A stretch of 64,000 nt of DNA from the NCBI GenBank assembly GCA_041651235.1, contig JBAZJQ010000001.1, forward strand, positions 558,449 to 622,448, read 5' to 3'. Positions 7,466 to 17,235 of this stretch are shown in pieces. How positions within the stretch are numbered: the first letter of the stretch is position 1; each line of letters starts with the position of its first letter. Under the pieces are notes generated by a model that searched no databases, had not been told where the DNA came from, and saw only the letters and a list, made by a program, of their open reading frames with translations. Source of the DNA: Candidatus Pacearchaeota archaeon (GTDB lineage: Archaea > Nanobdellota > Nanobdellia > Pacearchaeales > GW2011-AR1). Made by a program: the position numbers and the translations under genes.

Positions 7466-9829
7466 TTAAAATTCCCCTAATTTCATTTGCTTTTTGCCTT
7501 CTATTAATTGATTAATATCTACATTGAAAACTTCAAAGATGTTTTCAACTGCTGGAAGAATCTGATTGTTTAAATAATAATTAATATCATATTTTCCTGA
7601 TTCATCAATCATCTTAGCTCTGTCTCTTACAAGTGCTTTTTTATTATCTGATTCTGCAATATAATATTGAATTAACATGCCTAAATTAATTGGAATATTT
7701 TTTGCAATCATTTTTCTTGCAATTGCAATATGAGGAGTATTTGCTTTGTATTCATCAATTGATTTTTTTAGCTGAGTTCTTATTACTAATTCAGATAATT
7801 CAATTTTTCTTTCTTTAATTTTCTTAATTGTTTCTTTAATATATTCCAGTGCTTTTTTTTCATTTCCATCTGTAAGAATTAATTTTAGTATTTTGCTTTG
7901 AACTTCTCTTGCTAAATTACACCAGTCTCTTCTTACTGTTTCAAATCCTCTTATTTTTAGTTTATTATCTTCTGTAATAAGTGCATATTTCTTTTTTGCT
8001 CCAAATTCCCCTGTTCTTTTTGTTACCCAGATTCCTCTTTTATAGAAATCTTCCAGTTCCAGCTCCATTATTCCTGGAAGATGTTCATTAATTTGTTTTA
8101 ATAAATCAAGAGCTTGTTTTTTTGATTTGTTATCCAGACTTACTGCAATACTATCGGTATCACTATAAATTGGCTGAAAATTTGATTGTTCAAATTTTTT
8201 AATTGCTGATTTTATGTTTTCTCTTGCAAAATAAGCTGTTGATGCAGCTGCTTCTAAACAATAATATCTTGCTCCGAAAAATCCTTGATAACCATAAGCT
8301 GCATTTGCTATTAGCTTAAATGCATTGCTTCTTGCTTTTAAAATTGGATTGGGATTTTTATTATATTCTTTTTTAAATTCTCTTCTTTTTTCAATAATCT
8401 GCTTTAGAAGTTCAGGAAAAAATCCTGGTTTTTTTGAAAAATAAACTTTTTTATTATTTATTTCTGAAATTATATTTGTTTTTTCTTTGGATAGAGTTGA
8501 TAGACTGAGATTATAAGACACAATAACACTTGCATACATACTTGAGAAATCAAACATAGCAATATCATTGTATAATCCTGGTTTGGGCTGGAAAACAAAA
8601 GCTCCTTCATATTTTTCTCTTTCAATTCTATTTGAAATTTCTTCATGACTTGCTTTGTGCTTTGCTATTTCATTGAATTTATGGAGATTATGAAGAATAT
8701 AGTTTTCAACATTTTGAGACATTGAATCTCTAGATACATCATAAGGAGGTTCTTGAAGAACTCTTGAAAATTCTAAAATATCTGGCCAAACCTTTTCAAA
8801 TAATTTATATGTTAAAACTGAATCTTGAAGATTATATTCAAAAAAATCTTCCCAATGCTTTTGTGTATGTTCTGTTTTATTCATATCAATATGAGAAATA
8901 TCATTCTTTTTTTCTCCAATAAGTTCATTTGCAACTTCATTTAAAGAAAGAGTTTCTGACTGGAGATACTGGCTGTATGCTACTTGTATAAATCTAAATA
9001 AATCTACATGAGTTATTCCTTTTATTTTTCCTGATAAAACTCTTCCTCTGGAAAAAATAGGAGCAGAATTATCTAATCCTAGTGATAATTTTACTTTGTT
9101 ATGCTCTGCTCTTGCTCTTAAATAAGGCAAATCAAAACCATCTGAAAAATAACCTACTAAAAAATCTGGGGAATATTCTTTTATATATTTTACAAAAGCT
9201 TCTAGCATTTCTGCTTCATCTTTAAAATATTCAACAAAGGATTTTTTTGATTGTTTTTTCCAGGTAAGAACTTTTTTGAAATTATTACCTACTAATGAAA
9301 TCATTAAGATTTCTCCTTTTCCTATTTCAAATTCATTTGTTTCAATATCATAAGCTAGAAATTTCGGATGAAATTGAATATCTGATTGTGATTGTGTTAT
9401 TTTCTCTGCTTTAATTACAAAATCTACTTCTAAATTAGAACATTCATTATTTGATGCAAGTTCTCCTTCAATTTCCCATAACGTTAAAGGTGTTAGCTTA
9501 TTTTCAATTAAGAATTTAGTTATTATATTGATATCATTTTCATAAACTTCAAACTTTTCTGCAATTTCTTTTGTTTGTTTTGATGAGGAGGTATAAACTT
9601 TTAGTGCTTTAACTGGTTTTCCTAAGAAATTTTTGGATTCTTCTTGTATCTTGATTGTATCTAGTTTTTTCTTTGCCTTTTCTATATCTTTAATTATATA
9701 GCACCAGTCATTAAATTGCTTTAAGATACATAATCTCTTGCCTTTCTCATTTCTCCCATATACTTGAATATAGGTTTGATTATTTAGTTCAAAGGATTCA
9801 AAATTAATAGGGATAAATGTGAATTTCAT
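7466..9829 (-). CDS. polB: family-B DNA polymerase
   Basis: Exo I YDIETN, Exo II YNLQDS, Pol A DFSSMYASVIVSYNLS, Pol B KLIANAAYGY, Pol C YSDTDSI; 787 aa, no intein. Confidence 0.95.
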   Translation of the reverse strand: MKFTFIPINFESFELNNQTYIQVYGRNEKGKRLCILKQFNDWCYIIKDIEKAKKKLDTIKIQEESKNFLGKPVKALKVYTSSSKQTKEIAEKFEVYENDINIITKFLIENKLTPLTLWEIEGELASNNECSNLEVDFVIKAEKITQSQSDIQFHPKFLAYDIETNEFEIGKGEILMISLVGNNFKKVLTWKKQSKKSFVEYFKDEAEMLEAFVKYIKEYSPDFLVGYFSDGFDLPYLRARAEHNKVKLSLGLDNSAPIFSRGRVLSGKIKGITHVDLFRFIQVAYSQYLQSETLSLNEVANELIGEKKNDISHIDMNKTEHTQKHWEDFFEYNLQDSVLTYKLFEKVWPDILEFSRVLQEPPYDVSRDSMSQNVENYILHNLHKFNEIAKHKASHEEISNRIEREKYEGAFVFQPKPGLYNDIAMFDFSSMYASVIVSYNLSLSTLSKEKTNIISEINNKKVYFSKKPGFFPELLKQIIEKRREFKKEYNKNPNPILKARSNAFKLIANAAYGYQGFFGARYYCLEAAASTAYFARENIKSAIKKFEQSNFQPIYSDTDSIAVSLDNKSKKQALDLLKQINEHLPGIMELELEDFYKRGIWVTKRTGEFGAKKKYALITEDNKLKIRGFETVRRDWCNLAREVQSKILKLILTDGNEKKALEYIKETIKKIKERKIELSELVIRTQLKKSIDEYKANTPHIAIARKMIAKNIPINLGMLIQYYIAESDNKKALVRDRAKMIDESGKYDINYYLNNQILPAVENIFEVFNVDINQLIEGKKQMKLGEF

Positions 9830-9867
9830 GATTTTAAGAATAGAAACAGATATTTAAGGATTGGGGT

Positions 9868-10137
9868 TTATTTTTTATAGATATTATCGTGATGATCAAA
9901 ATCATCAAAATTAATTGTATCTGTTGACTTAATATATTGGAATATTAATACAAAATGTCCAATGTGAACTCTCTTTGAATCTTTCATATTATATCTTAAA
10001 TTTTTATAATGTTCAATATCATAAGAATTAACAATTTCATTTATTTTTTTAATAAGCTGTTCGTGAATATTAGGATTTTTCTTTGATAGTTTTTTGATTT
10101 TATCATTAAGATGCTCACTAATCTGAAAATTATGCAT
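9868..10137 (-). CDS. RelE/ParE-superfamily toxin-like protein
   Basis: 89 aa; KNLRYNMKDSKRVHIGHFVLIFQY...HHDNIYKK resembles the RelE/YafQ core and C-terminal H..Y. A small antitoxin-like gene lies immediately upstream. Confidence 0.5.
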   Translation of the reverse strand: MHNFQISEHLNDKIKKLSKKNPNIHEQLIKKINEIVNSYDIEHYKNLRYNMKDSKRVHIGHFVLIFQYIKSTDTINFDDFDHHDNIYKK

Positions 10138-10156
10138 TTTTACCTCTTTTGAATTT

Positions 10157-10393
10157 TTAGTCTGTAGATTTTCTTAAATCTTCAATAGAATTATACTTAA
10201 TATATTTTCCTTTTCTTATTTTCTCAAGTTTTTCTAAGTATTCTGGTCTTAATTCTGGTTCAAGAAAACTTTCTTCATAAGCTCTTGCTATAAAAGCAAC
10301 TGCTTCACTTTTGTTTTTTAATCCAAATTTTGCTTTAATAATATTTAATATTCTATCTTCTCTTTCATTAATGTCAATTATATTCTGAACCAT
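10157..10393 (-). CDS. antitoxin-like small protein (DUF2683-like)
   Basis: Trimmed to ATG 10393: MVQNIIDINEREDRILNIIKAKFGLKNKSEAVAFIARAYEE...EPELRPEYLEKL. Gap to the toxin-like gene is 19 nt. Confidence 0.45.
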   Translation of the reverse strand: MVQNIIDINEREDRILNIIKAKFGLKNKSEAVAFIARAYEESFLEPELRPEYLEKLEKIRKGKYIKYNSIEDLRKSTD

Positions 10394-10517
10394 TTTATAA
10401 TATATTATAATAAAATATAATGTTTTATTATATTTAAATGTTACTATTTTATATCTGTATTTACTTCTAAATGGTAACAATAATAATGTTTATATACTAG
10501 TTTTGCTTATAAATAAT

Positions 10518-10730
10518 ATGGAAATTAATGGTATAAGAATTGGATCTGGAAGACAGGTTATACCTGTTCAAAGCGTTGAAAATAGAGGAAATTATGGCCA
10601 TGGAAGTTATGATGAGCAAAGAAATAGAAGACCTTTGGTTAGCTCAAGGTTTGATTTTGGATATGATTATAAAGGCAGGAAATGGATATTTAGAGATAAT
10701 GAAAATAATGAGGTTGATTTAAAAGCATAA
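10518..10730 (+). CDS. hypothetical small protein, gene 1 of a 3-gene operon
   Basis: 70 aa from ATG 10518; stop lies 1 nt before the next start. Confidence 0.4.
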   Translation: MEINGIRIGSGRQVIPVQSVENRGNYGHGSYDEQRNRRPLVSSRFDFGYDYKGRKWIFRDNENNEVDLKA

Positions 10731-10731
10731 A

Positions 10732-11277
10732 ATGAGCAGACAAGGATTATTATTTGGAGAATTACCACAGGAAGAACGAGAATCACATTTAGAAGAAATT
10801 ACATATGTACCTGGAAATGCAAGAATAGCATCTGTACAGAGGGGAGATAATCTTACTTTCTATAGGTTATGTAATGAACAAGGATTAGAGCCTGAAGAAT
10901 GCTATAGAAGTCAATATGAACAAGGAAGATTGGATTTTGAAAAACTCGTTTTAGAAAATAATTTGGGGGAAGTTGTTGGAAATATTGGTCCGACATCTTA
11001 TAAAAAACAAGAAAGAATATCAAGAAAAACTTCTAGTAGAAAAAGTAAAAATCAAGATAAATATCCTTTGCTTTTAGCTGCTGCTAGGCAAGAAGGAGTT
11101 AGATCTGATGATGTTTATGAAGATATAGAGACTAAAAGAAAGCATTTAAAACAAATAATGGGATATAGGAATTTAATAGGCTCAAAAGGAGTAAGAATCA
11201 GAATTGAGGATGTTAATGCTGAAAGAATCGGAAAAGCATATCAAGAACATATTAATATGGCTAGGAAATATGAATGA
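10732..11277 (+). CDS. hypothetical protein, gene 2 of a 3-gene operon
   Basis: 181 aa; ATGA overlap with gene 3. Confidence 0.5.
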   Translation: MSRQGLLFGELPQEERESHLEEITYVPGNARIASVQRGDNLTFYRLCNEQGLEPEECYRSQYEQGRLDFEKLVLENNLGEVVGNIGPTSYKKQERISRKTSSRKSKNQDKYPLLLAAARQEGVRSDDVYEDIETKRKHLKQIMGYRNLIGSKGVRIRIEDVNAERIGKAYQEHINMARKYE

Positions 11278-11921
11278 TGGAATCTATAGATCAACAAAAA
11301 TTAGAACAAATTCTTGAAGAGTTGAATAGAAAGGGGATTAGTAAAAAATATATAAGTTCTATTGGCAAGGATATTTCATCTAGGCGAAGGTATCATCCTC
11401 TTTTTTCTGGAGATTTTAAAGAGATTCAAGAAGTTCATCAAATGGATTGTTTTTTTTCAACACCAGAAAAACCAATTTTAGCAACATATGGATTAGCTAA
11501 TTGTTTGGGAGTTTTAGCATATGACCCCCTAAAGAAAATAGCATTTTTAGGACATTCTGATGCTTTTTCTTATAAGTATAAAGGAGAAGATAAACTAGGA
11601 CATCCTTCAGTAAATGCACATGTATCAAGATTCTTCTGGGATTTAAGAGATAGAAAAGATAATTATTTACTTGATGCTTGGATTGTTATTGGGAGTAATC
11701 CAGATAATAAGGCTATAGAGACAACTGAAAATACATTCAAGGATTTAAATAATAGCCCATATTTTTCAGGTGTTAGAATAAGAAAACTTGAAAGATTAAA
11801 TGTTAAGGATGATGGAAGTATAGGGATTGACTCAAGGACAGGTAGATTATTTTCTTATGATCCTAAATTAAATCCTCTTCCTAGACAAGAGGGATTTTGG
11901 AGCCAAGTTAAACTATTTTAA
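11274..11921 (+). CDS. CheD-like (Cys/His deamidase-fold) protein, gene 3 of the operon
   Basis: YGLANCLGVLAYDPLKKIAFLGHS matches the CheD catalytic core pattern GLGSCV.V...D...K.....H (nucleophile Cys, His about 17 residues later). Confidence 0.45.
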   Translation: MMESIDQQKLEQILEELNRKGISKKYISSIGKDISSRRRYHPLFSGDFKEIQEVHQMDCFFSTPEKPILATYGLANCLGVLAYDPLKKIAFLGHSDAFSYKYKGEDKLGHPSVNAHVSRFFWDLRDRKDNYLLDAWIVIGSNPDNKAIETTENTFKDLNNSPYFSGVRIRKLERLNVKDDGSIGIDSRTGRLFSYDPKLNPLPRQEGFWSQVKLF

Positions 11922-11982
11922 AGAAATATTTCATATAAGATTTAATGCAAATTTTTATTAATACTTATTTATTATATTTTTC

Positions 11983-13008
11983 ATGGGATTACAAATAGGT
12001 GAGATTATAACCAAAAATGAAATTAAGTTTTCTGATTTAAAGGGAAAGATAATTGCTGTTGATGCATTTAATGCAATTTATCAGTTTCTTACTACAATAA
12101 GACAGCCAGATGGAACTCCTTTAAAAGATTCTAGTGGAAATGTAACTAGTCATATATCTGGGTTGTTTTATAGAAATATGAGCTTAATTTTAGAAGGAGT
12201 TAAGTTAATTTATGTTTTTGATGGTGAAGCTCCTGAGCTAAAGAAAAAAACAAGAGAAAATAGAGAAGGTATCAAAGAGCAGTATAAAGAGAAATACAAA
12301 AAAGCTGTTGAAGACGAAGATGTTGAAGCAATGGGAAAATATGCAAGATTTGAAACTAGATTAGATAAAGAAAAAATTGAAGAGAGCAAGGAATTATTAG
12401 AAGCAATGGGTATTGCTGTTGTACAAGCTCCTTCAGAAGGAGAAGCTCAAGCTAGTTATTTAGCTAAAAATAAAACAGCTTATGCTGTTGCTAGCCAGGA
12501 TTATGACTGCTTGATGTTTAAATGCCCTTTATTAATTCAGAATTTAAGTTTAGCTAGAAAGAGAAAAACTATTTCAGGTTATAAAGAAGTTTTTCCGCAG
12601 GTTATTCAGTTAGATAGTGTGCTTGCTGAATTAGAAATTAATCAAGAGCAATTAATTTGTCTAGGAATTTTATGTGGAACTGATTATAATCCTGGAGGTG
12701 TAAAAGGATTAGGGCCTAAAAAATCTTTGAAAATAGTAAGAGAATATAAAACAAAAGAAAAGATTTTTGATGCTATTGAGAATGATGAGAAATTTGAAAA
12801 ATATGAATTAGACTTTGACTGGAAAGAAATATATGAAGAAATTGAAAATCCAAAAGTTAAAGATGTCAAAATTGAATTTCCTAAAATAAATAAGGAAAAA
12901 ATAAGAGAGATATTAAGAAGCCATGATTTTTCAGAAGAAAGAATAAATAATCAGTTAGAGAAAATTGATGAGTTGAAAAAACAGAAATCGCAAAAAACAC
13001 TTTTCTGA
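11983..13008 (+). CDS. fen: flap endonuclease 1
   Basis: MGLQIGEII...GKIIAVDAFNAIYQFL, SEGEAQASYL, SQDYDCLMF, LGILCGTDYNPGGVKGLGPKKSL (H3TH). Confidence 0.95.
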   Translation: MGLQIGEIITKNEIKFSDLKGKIIAVDAFNAIYQFLTTIRQPDGTPLKDSSGNVTSHISGLFYRNMSLILEGVKLIYVFDGEAPELKKKTRENREGIKEQYKEKYKKAVEDEDVEAMGKYARFETRLDKEKIEESKELLEAMGIAVVQAPSEGEAQASYLAKNKTAYAVASQDYDCLMFKCPLLIQNLSLARKRKTISGYKEVFPQVIQLDSVLAELEINQEQLICLGILCGTDYNPGGVKGLGPKKSLKIVREYKTKEKIFDAIENDEKFEKYELDFDWKEIYEEIENPKVKDVKIEFPKINKEKIREILRSHDFSEERINNQLEKIDELKKQKSQKTLF

Positions 13009-13023
13009 ATTTATGGAATATCG

Positions 13024-13126
13024 GTAATGTATTAAGACATGAGATGAGTTGATGAGAAGATTAAGCTTTGTTTGATATCTTTTAAGAATAAATGATTTGT
13101 TATTTGTTTTATTAAGATATTAATAT
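13024..13126 (+). repeat. intergenic modular repeat, locus 2 (A+B+C)
   Basis: GTAATGTATTAAGACAT / GTTGATGAGAAGATTAAGCTTTGTTTGAT / AATGATTTGTTATTTGTTTTATTAAGATATTAATAT; begins 16 nt after the fen stop. Confidence 0.75.
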
Positions 13127-13136
13127 TATTTAAGAA

Positions 13137-13886
13137 TCAATCTTCTCCTAAAACAAAATTAGGATTATCATCACTTATAGTTTTTGTGAACTTTCCTGCT
13201 AGTTCAACTTCTGCTTTTAGTTTTTCTCTATTAAGTTCTTCTTCTTGTTTTGCTTTTTTTTCTTTATTAGATTTAAATAAATCTGCAAGATTTTTAGAAA
13301 AAATAGAACCTAAGACAAAAAGAATTATTATAATCCCTGCTCCTATTAATTGCATCCACCAAGTATTAAAAACAGCAATTGCACTGATTATAAGTTCGGC
13401 TAATTTTTTTATTATTCCTATTAGTGAGATAATTATTATTGTTCCCAGTGAGATTGCTATTTGAGTAAAATCAGATACAGGCAAAAATTCTGAAGCTCTA
13501 TAAATATACATGAAGATAGTTATCCATAGAGTTAAAGATAGTAAAAATAACCAGCTTAGACTCGGTTCTATCCCTAAAAAGAATTTAAAAATAGGATCGG
13601 TATATGGGGATATCTTATTATATCTATTTATTACTGGTCCAATATAAGTGTTATTCGCAAGAATTTTTCCCCATTCTTGTTTCAGATATTGAGTCTTGTC
13701 ATTTTCATTTTGGAATTTTCCTCCAATTGTTTGTATTTTTTCTAATTCAATTGGAAGTCCTGAATCTGGATTTACTTCTCCTAATCCTAAATCAGGCAAG
13801 GGAGGAGATTCTTCTGCTTTAATAGAAATTGCTAATATATTTAAGAGTAATAATGATATTAATAAAAATACAAATCTCTTTTTCAT
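13137..13886 (-). CDS. signal-peptide membrane protein, unknown function
   Basis: N-terminal signal/anchor, several TM helices, K/E-rich C-terminal tail. Confidence 0.55.
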   Translation of the reverse strand: MKKRFVFLLISLLLLNILAISIKAEESPPLPDLGLGEVNPDSGLPIELEKIQTIGGKFQNENDKTQYLKQEWGKILANNTYIGPVINRYNKISPYTDPIFKFFLGIEPSLSWLFLLSLTLWITIFMYIYRASEFLPVSDFTQIAISLGTIIIISLIGIIKKLAELIISAIAVFNTWWMQLIGAGIIIILFVLGSIFSKNLADLFKSNKEKKAKQEEELNREKLKAEVELAGKFTKTISDDNPNFVLGED

Positions 13887-13926
13887 AAATTAATTAAGAA
13901 GATGGTGTTTTTAAAACTAATTAATT

Positions 13927-14571
13927 TTAAGATCTATAACGTAAATTTTGTGCTTCAGTATTTAATGCACTTACATCTGCAGCAGCTTTATATGCTTTTG
14001 AAGTCTTTTTGCTTAATTCTTTATTAAATCTTATTTTATCTATCCATCTATGTAGTGGAGCAGAACCTGTAAATATTGCTACAGCTAAAACAACAAATAT
14101 TACTCCAATCATAATCATTCCAATCATTCCTCCTGCCCCGACCATTACCGCAATAAAATACATTAATCCTCCAACTATTTTTCTTGTTCCCCCGGATAAA
14201 ACTAAAATTATTAATGCTCCTATTCCTATAACTAAATTTGTAAAAGTACTAAGAGGTAATAAATTAGCTAACTCTAAAATAATTAAGCTAAAAACAATAA
14301 ATCCTATTACTGAAACCACTAACCACATATTGGCTGGTTGATCTGATCCTGTCTTTTGGTCTGGAACAATATATTTTTCAAGGATATTTGTGTTTATCCA
14401 GCTCCAAACCTTTGTATTTGTTGAATCGTAGGTATTTGAATCATATAAAGGATTATTGGTTGCAGGTGCAGTAGTATCATCTGCACTACTTATCATGATT
14501 AAATTAATAGTTAGTAATGTTAGAATTAAAACTGGCAAAATGAATACTTTCTTATTTATCCTCTTTTCCAT
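13927..14571 (-). CDS. signal-peptide membrane protein, unknown function
   Basis: N-terminal signal/anchor and about four TM helices. Confidence 0.55.
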   Translation of the reverse strand: MEKRINKKVFILPVLILTLLTINLIMISSADDTTAPATNNPLYDSNTYDSTNTKVWSWINTNILEKYIVPDQKTGSDQPANMWLVVSVIGFIVFSLIILELANLLPLSTFTNLVIGIGALIILVLSGGTRKIVGGLMYFIAVMVGAGGMIGMIMIGVIFVVLAVAIFTGSAPLHRWIDKIRFNKELSKKTSKAYKAAADVSALNTEAQNLRYRS

Positions 14572-14647
14572 GTTATTTTATGTTGTTTATTGTTTAAAAA
14601 TGTTTTTATAATTCGATATAGTATAAGTGATTATTGTTCTTTATTAA

Positions 14648-14860
14648 TTATCTTCTTTCTTGATATTTTGGTTTTGGTTTCCAGATTAATAAGATTCCTA
14701 AAACAATAATTACAATTTGATAGATAATTTCTCCTGGTGTTAAAACACTTAGAAATTTATATGTTGAAAAAAAAGTATTTACTGAAGATATTTTTAATAA
14801 GAAAGGCCAAGCTCCTAAGATTATTATAATCAAGCCAATTATTTTTTCTTTTGCACCCAT
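14648..14860 (-). CDS. small two-TM membrane protein
   Basis: 70 aa, two hydrophobic helices, basic tail. Confidence 0.4.
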   Translation of the reverse strand: MGAKEKIIGLIIIILGAWPFLLKISSVNTFFSTYKFLSVLTPGEIIYQIVIIVLGILLIWKPKPKYQERR

Positions 14861-14914
14861 TTTCTAATTATTTTAAGATGAGATTATTTATAAATCCTTT
14901 GATTTATTTAATTT

Positions 14915-15088
14915 ATAATCTATTAAGACATAAGATGTGCAGATGATGGCTTATTGGTAATATAAAATCTTAATAGCTGAGTTGATGAGCAGATTAAGCT
15001 TTGTTCGATGTTAATTATTATGGATTAAATATAATTTAAATTTTAATAGACAGATGTTTTGTTGTTTGTTTTAAGAAGAGATGGATAT
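14915..15088 (+). repeat. intergenic modular repeat, locus 3 (A+B+B+C)
   Basis: ATAATCTATTAAGACAT / GTGCAGATGATGG / GAGTTGATGAGCAGATTAAGCTTTGTTCGAT / GACAGATGTTTTGTTGTTTGTTTTAAGAAGAGATGGATAT. Confidence 0.75.
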
Positions 15089-15132
15089 TAATTTAGAATA
15101 AAATATTAATTATAAGGATTTGCACGGCCTCC

Positions 15133-15780
15133 TTAAGGAGTAGGTTTGTTTCTTCCTGCAATTGCCCAAGCTATTCCAGCTATAATAACAAGGATTATTA
15201 CTGGATAACTAATGATTATTTCATAAAGGTTTTGTATATCATACGGCAAAGTATATGCTGTTAATTCATTTAAATTAATTGTTTTTAATAAAATCCAGAC
15301 ACTAATTCCTACAATTATTAATGCAATTCCATTTCCTGTATATTGGCTCAGTTTTCTATGAAATGGAATAGACAATACAATTACAAAGATAATTGCAATT
15401 AGAGTTATCCAGGTAGTTAAAGTATTTCCTAAATATCCTGAAATAAATCCTTGTCTTGTTACTGCTGCAGCAGCAAGCAATGCAACAGCTCCTGCAATTA
15501 CTGCAATAGCCCCCTTGTTTTGTTCAGATTCATGAAGCCAGGGATGATATTTGTCTTTTATATTCCGTCTAAACATTCCTGATAAAGATAAATAAACAAA
15601 TGCAAAAACAATTAAAAATATTATAAAAAATACAAACCATTCATTGTCTAACAATTGAGAAGGAGTATAATACCCCCAAGAATTAAATGGACTCCAGCTG
15701 TAAGAATATGCTAAAATAGTCGGCAACACACTAAGTATGATTATTGATGATACTAGAATCAAAGATAGTCCTCTTTTCAT
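15133..15780 (-). CDS. polytopic membrane protein, unknown function
   Basis: 215 aa, signal/anchor plus about five TM helices. Confidence 0.55.
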   Translation of the reverse strand: MKRGLSLILVSSIIILSVLPTILAYSYSWSPFNSWGYYTPSQLLDNEWFVFFIIFLIVFAFVYLSLSGMFRRNIKDKYHPWLHESEQNKGAIAVIAGAVALLAAAAVTRQGFISGYLGNTLTTWITLIAIIFVIVLSIPFHRKLSQYTGNGIALIIVGISVWILLKTINLNELTAYTLPYDIQNLYEIIISYPVIILVIIAGIAWAIAGRNKPTP

Positions 15781-15880
15781 ATTATATTTAGAAAAAACAG
15801 ATTTAAATATCTTATTGTATTTGCAATTATTGATTTTATATTGAGATTTTAATTATTAATAATGTTAATGACTGATGCTT

Positions 15881-16068
15881 TTTGTAGATGATAAGATTAA
15901 GATGCTGATGATTTATATTTAAAATTATTTATCGATAACTTATTAAGGCATTCGTTGAGTTGATGATAAGATAGCAAGTTCATTAGATTGATTAATGAAA
16001 AATCAAAGATTGCTTATTTCTTTTTTATCTCAGATGACTTGTTGTTTGTTTTGTTAAATTATTGATAT
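15881..16068 (+). repeat. intergenic modular repeat, locus 4 (B+A+B+C)
   Basis: TTTGTAGATGATAAGATTAAGATGCTGATGAT / ATAACTTATTAAGGCAT / GAGTTGATGATAAGATAGCAAG / TCAGATGACTTGTTGTTTGTTTTGTTAAATTATTGATAT. Confidence 0.7.
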
Positions 16069-16121
16069 ATTCAATTAATGTTTTTAGATAGTATTAAAAA
16101 TATATCTTACTTAATTGTTTT

Positions 16122-16898
16122 ATGGCAGATTATGATCTATTGGGGAATATTGCAGTTATAAAGTCAGAAGAAAAAGGAAGAAAAAAAACAAAATCTGAAA
16201 AATTAAAGCAAGCAAAAGAGTTATTGAAAAAACCTGGAATAAGAACTGTTTTGGAAAAAGCAAGTGATGTTAAAGGAAGATTAAGAACAATAAGAGCAAA
16301 GCATGTTTTAGGTGAGAAAAATAAAATAGCTTTAATAAAAGAAAATGACTGCTCATTTAAATTTAATGTTGAAACATGTTATTTTTCTCCTAGATTATCT
16401 AATGAAAGAAAATTGATTGCAGATAAGATAAAAAACAGAGAGAGAGTTTTAGTTATGTTTGCAGGGGTTGGTGTTTATCCAATTGTTATTTATAAAAAAT
16501 CCCAGGCAGAGGTTGTGGGGGTTGAATTGGGGAAAGATTGCTGTAATTATTTTAAAGAAAATTTGAAATTAAATAAAATTCCTGAAGGAAAAATAAAAAT
16601 TATTCAGGGAGATGTTAAGAAAAAAATAAATATTAAGCTAGGTAAATTTGATGTTATTTTAATGCCTCGCCCGAATCTAAAAGAAAGTTTTTTGAAACCT
16701 GCTTTAATTGTTTCAAAAAAAGGAACAAGAATTTATTATAATGCTTTTTGTCATGTAAATGAGATAAAGAAAGTTTCTAAAGATTTAGTTAGTGAAGCTA
16801 AAAGTTTGGGTAAGAAAATCAAAATATTAAAAATTGTAAAAGCAGGAGATATTGCTCCATATAAATATAGATATCGAATTGAGATGAAAGTTATTTAA
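16122..16898 (+). CDS. Trm5/Taw2-type (Met-10+ like) tRNA methyltransferase
   Basis: DLLGNIAVI start, FKFNVETCYFSPRLSNER, SAM motif VLVMFAGVGVY, FDVILMPRP. Confidence 0.8.
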   Translation: MADYDLLGNIAVIKSEEKGRKKTKSEKLKQAKELLKKPGIRTVLEKASDVKGRLRTIRAKHVLGEKNKIALIKENDCSFKFNVETCYFSPRLSNERKLIADKIKNRERVLVMFAGVGVYPIVIYKKSQAEVVGVELGKDCCNYFKENLKLNKIPEGKIKIIQGDVKKKINIKLGKFDVILMPRPNLKESFLKPALIVSKKGTRIYYNAFCHVNEIKKVSKDLVSEAKSLGKKIKILKIVKAGDIAPYKYRYRIEMKVI

Positions 16899-17235
16899 AC
16901 CGGGGTGGTTGTTTTGAAAGATATTGATCTTGTTGGGGATAGCTAGGATTTTCTGGAGGAGAATAAACATCATCGCAAAATAATTTTCCATCACCTAATT
17001 TAGCATCGCTTAATAGTTTATATGTATTAAAAATAGGATCCATTGAACTAATTGTTCCACCATCTTTTATTGGAAAATCAGGATCTATTGCTAATTTTTG
17101 GATTAAAGTTCCATGATTTATTCCTCTTTCAGGATCATGTATATCTGCCATAAAGTCCATATTTAGAAATATTGTTTTTCTTTTTTCTTCGGGATTACTT
17201 TTGTCTTTTTTAGGATCACTATCTTTATTACTCAT
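16891..17235 (-). CDS. hypothetical protein (orphan)
   Basis: 114-aa ORF, no motif. Confidence 0.35.
   Translation of the reverse strand: MSNKDSDPKKDKSNPEEKRKTIFLNMDFMADIHDPERGINHGTLIQKLAIDPDFPIKDGGTISSMDPIFNTYKLLSDAKLGDGKLFCDDVYSPPENPSYPQQDQYLSKQPPRFK

Noticed and set aside
10540-10722. 60-aa alternative-frame ORF inside 10518..10730
   Set aside because: It is fully nested in the operon's first gene, and there is no independent evidence for it.
15881-15912. Repeat module B as a C/D-box sRNA (it contains GATGA, and one copy is followed by CTGA)
   Set aside because: The box is usually AGATGA or TGATGA without a consistently placed D or D' box (CUGA) at 12-nt guide spacing. No terminal stem or C' box is seen across the copies.
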